A DNA stretch of 64,000 nt from Nitrospirota bacterium (GTDB lineage: Bacteria; Nitrospirota; UBA9217). Numbering within the stretch: the stretch's first letter is position 1; the number at the start of each line of letters is the position of its first letter. Of this stretch, positions 61,954 through 64,000 are shown piece after piece. The DNA is taken from contig OY760142.1 of NCBI GenBank assembly GCA_963663225.1, positions 1,376,001 through 1,440,000 on the forward strand, read 5' to 3'. The position numbers were made by a program, and so were the translations under genes. Below the pieces are notes generated by a model that worked only from the letters and a program-made list of their open reading frames with translations, searched no databases and had not been told where the DNA came from.

Positions 61954-63075
61954 GTGCAGAGCACAGAAAAGCTGGATTTCAAGGGAAGCGGCGTTTTGTT
62001 GCTTAAGCACAGCATGCTGTATGTGCTTATGACTACGCCGGTCCTGTCCTTTTGCCTCATGGGCACGCACTGGCCCCGTATTTTTTTTGCTATGATTGCG
62101 TTCTCCTTCCCGGTTGTTCTGCTCCTCGTTTTGCTTATCTCGCGGTACGACCGGATTTCGTTTGATGATGATAAGCAGCAAATCGTCAAGCCTATAGGAC
62201 GTCCTCTCCCCTATCAAAGCATAAAAAGAATTGATATTAATGAAACAGGCAGACTGGTGCAGGTTGGCATTCGGCAGGGCTTCTTTCGCAGGGCACAATT
62301 ACTGTATGCGATGGACGGTATCGAGAAATCCCGCTTGCTGGAAAATCTTCTTAAGAGATTTCCTGATCCAGTTATTATCAGAAAAAATCGCAATGTTAAC
62401 TGGAAGTCGGTCTTCCTGATTCTTCTATTGTTTATCGTTCTGACCGCAGGATTTCATCTTTATCTTTTAAGAATCAACAAGGAAATCCCTGTGCTGCCGC
62501 ACCAGATAGTATGGGAAACAACAAAACGGTCACCGAAGGGCTTGCAGCAGTATACTCTGGGAAATTTCAGTTTTATGATGCCGGCACGATTTCAACTGAT
62601 TGGAAAAGAAGAGGGGGCCCTGCAGTTTGAAGATAAAATTACAAAAAATGAGGTAAGATTTTTTATAAACCCGCGGAAAGACATCCCCAGGCATGTGGAA
62701 CGGTTTATACGGTATATAACCGGGATTCGCGATTATTATGACGTGCTGGATATGGCGTTCTTTACGCGAGTAGGAGTTGTCCCGCTTGTCTTGAAAGATA
62801 TCGCTCTGACGGGATTGGCAGGGGTGAAAATTAGTGCCCTTGAACTGGCGCCGCCGCCTCGAATTGATTCGGTCGAAAAGATAAAAGAACCGGCAGGGCA
62901 ATCACTGAAAGGCTTTTTAACACAAGGGAAACGAAAGGACAAAAATACCGCCTCTGTTTTACTGGTGAGCAATGACCGGGAGGAGCTTCATGTCTTTTTT
63001 GCTGGTTTTGAGCAACTGGATGAAAAGACAGTGCAGAAGGTCATATCCGGGATCCGTCCTATTTCAGCCCGTTAA
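61954..63075 (+). CDS. Hypothetical membrane protein
   Basis: Long ORF, GTG start with ggaggag RBS, 3 TM. Confidence 0.65.
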   Translation: MQSTEKLDFKGSGVLLLKHSMLYVLMTTPVLSFCLMGTHWPRIFFAMIAFSFPVVLLLVLLISRYDRISFDDDKQQIVKPIGRPLPYQSIKRIDINETGRLVQVGIRQGFFRRAQLLYAMDGIEKSRLLENLLKRFPDPVIIRKNRNVNWKSVFLILLLFIVLTAGFHLYLLRINKEIPVLPHQIVWETTKRSPKGLQQYTLGNFSFMMPARFQLIGKEEGALQFEDKITKNEVRFFINPRKDIPRHVERFIRYITGIRDYYDVLDMAFFTRVGVVPLVLKDIALTGLAGVKISALELAPPPRIDSVEKIKEPAGQSLKGFLTQGKRKDKNTASVLLVSNDREELHVFFAGFEQLDEKTVQKVISGIRPISAR

Positions 63076-63101
63076 GTCTCTTGTTCACACGTCTCCAGCG
63101 G

Positions 63102-64000
63102 TTATTTTCTAAATTCTATCAGGTCTCCGACAACAATCGGTTCGGTGCTTTTTCTTACGACCGCAGTAGCGGAGTTGTTTTTAACAATAAACACTTGAAC
63201 TTCCCCGATCTTTTTCTTCGGCAAAGATTTCTTCTCTGATGCACTGTAAACGGCAAAACGATCTCCCGGCTCAACTCCGTCCACATTCCCTTTATCCAGG
63301 TATACGAAATCCATCTGTGCATTGATTGTATGATTTTCCACAACATCGAGAATATACCCCGTGATTTCCTTGTCTCTTTGCTGTTGTGAGTTGAAAACGA
63401 GTGCCGGCTCCTGATAAGGAGTAAGTATGTTGTTTTTTTCCATAGAATCGAAGGAGAGCGTTATTTTAGCGGTAAAAACATCAGAGGCGTTTTTGGCTGT
63501 AATCTGAAGGATGCCGAGTCCGCGAACAAGGGTGCCGAATCGTTTGCCTGATCTTGGATGGTTCACCTTTTTTACCGTTGTGAAAACAAGAAACTTATCA
63601 CCAATAGCTGCTGGTTGTGAGGACGGGAGCTTAACGTACACCGTATCGCCGAAACCAAAGGTGGTTTTCGCATCTTCCGGCGACCCGACGATCCTGCCTT
63701 CCGCATTCATACTGTCCACGAAGCCTGCACTCAGCATGGCATACTTGTCAATAATGGGTATTGGCTGTTCTTCGGGTAAAATAAGTCTGCGCCCTTCTGC
63801 CGGAATTTCTGCTGGCTTCTGCTTTCCGGATTCCGGTGAAATAACGCCTTCGCGAGGCCGCGGTTCCTGCTGCGCGACCTGTTCTGTTTTTTTCTCAGTA
63901 GATTTTGCCTTTTCTGTCGGGGCTTTCAATGCTCTTTCGATAGGAGCAAGACTTGGTATGGCAAGCTTGTTGCCGGGATAGATCAAATCAGGGTTCGTGA
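63102..64000 (-). CDS. LysM peptidoglycan-binding protein, 3' part (start beyond window)
   Basis: TNPDLIYPG LysM tail; VYLDKGNVDGV.PGD C-terminal motif. Confidence 0.8.
   Translation of the reverse strand, partial: TNPDLIYPGNKLAIPSLAPIERALKAPTEKAKSTEKKTEQVAQQEPRPREGVISPESGKQKPAEIPAEGRRLILPEEQPIPIIDKYAMLSAGFVDSMNAEGRIVGSPEDAKTTFGFGDTVYVKLPSSQPAAIGDKFLVFTTVKKVNHPRSGKRFGTLVRGLGILQITAKNASDVFTAKITLSFDSMEKNNILTPYQEPALVFNSQQQRDKEITGYILDVVENHTINAQMDFVYLDKGNVDGVEPGDRFAVYSASEKKSLPKKKIGEVQVFIVKNNSATAVVRKSTEPIVVGDLIEFRK

Overview
Bacterial chromosomal window, probably from an anaerobic Nitrospirota/Desulfobacterota-like organism (inferred from gene content only). Contents from left to right: (1) partial ArsA, a DUF362 Fe-S protein and a cupin. 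(2) A nitrogen-assimilation locus: two divergent genes sharing a KaiC/RecA-like N-domain (one fused to a PEP-synthase-type ATP-grasp domain, one to HTH-cupin), gdh, nrpR and a three-gene split glutamate synthase, with repeated GGCAA-N4-TTGCC operators. (3) A minus-strand cluster: a 32-aa CCC peptide, a PhcB-like methyltransferase, FabG, an inactive KS (CLF-like), FabZ, an active KS, ACP, a CrtI-like oxidoreductase and a PhcS-like hybrid kinase. This is a candidate quorum-sensing/lipid-signal system with its own type II FAS/PKS and is the strongest novelty candidate. (4) An AT-rich gene array delimited by REPIN-like elements and duplicated gene 3' ends. (5) A metE(TGA)-nrdD-nrdG operon under tandem NrdR boxes, a cobalamin riboswitch and a leader ORF. 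(6) Lipoproteins, including a circularly permuted BPL_N domain. (7) An orphan parE/gyrB-type gene, a complete trp operon, a cAMP module (Crp, CHASE2 cyclase, class II PDE), accD, ald and a partial LysM gene. All calls come from reading sequence and motifs; no database searches were run.
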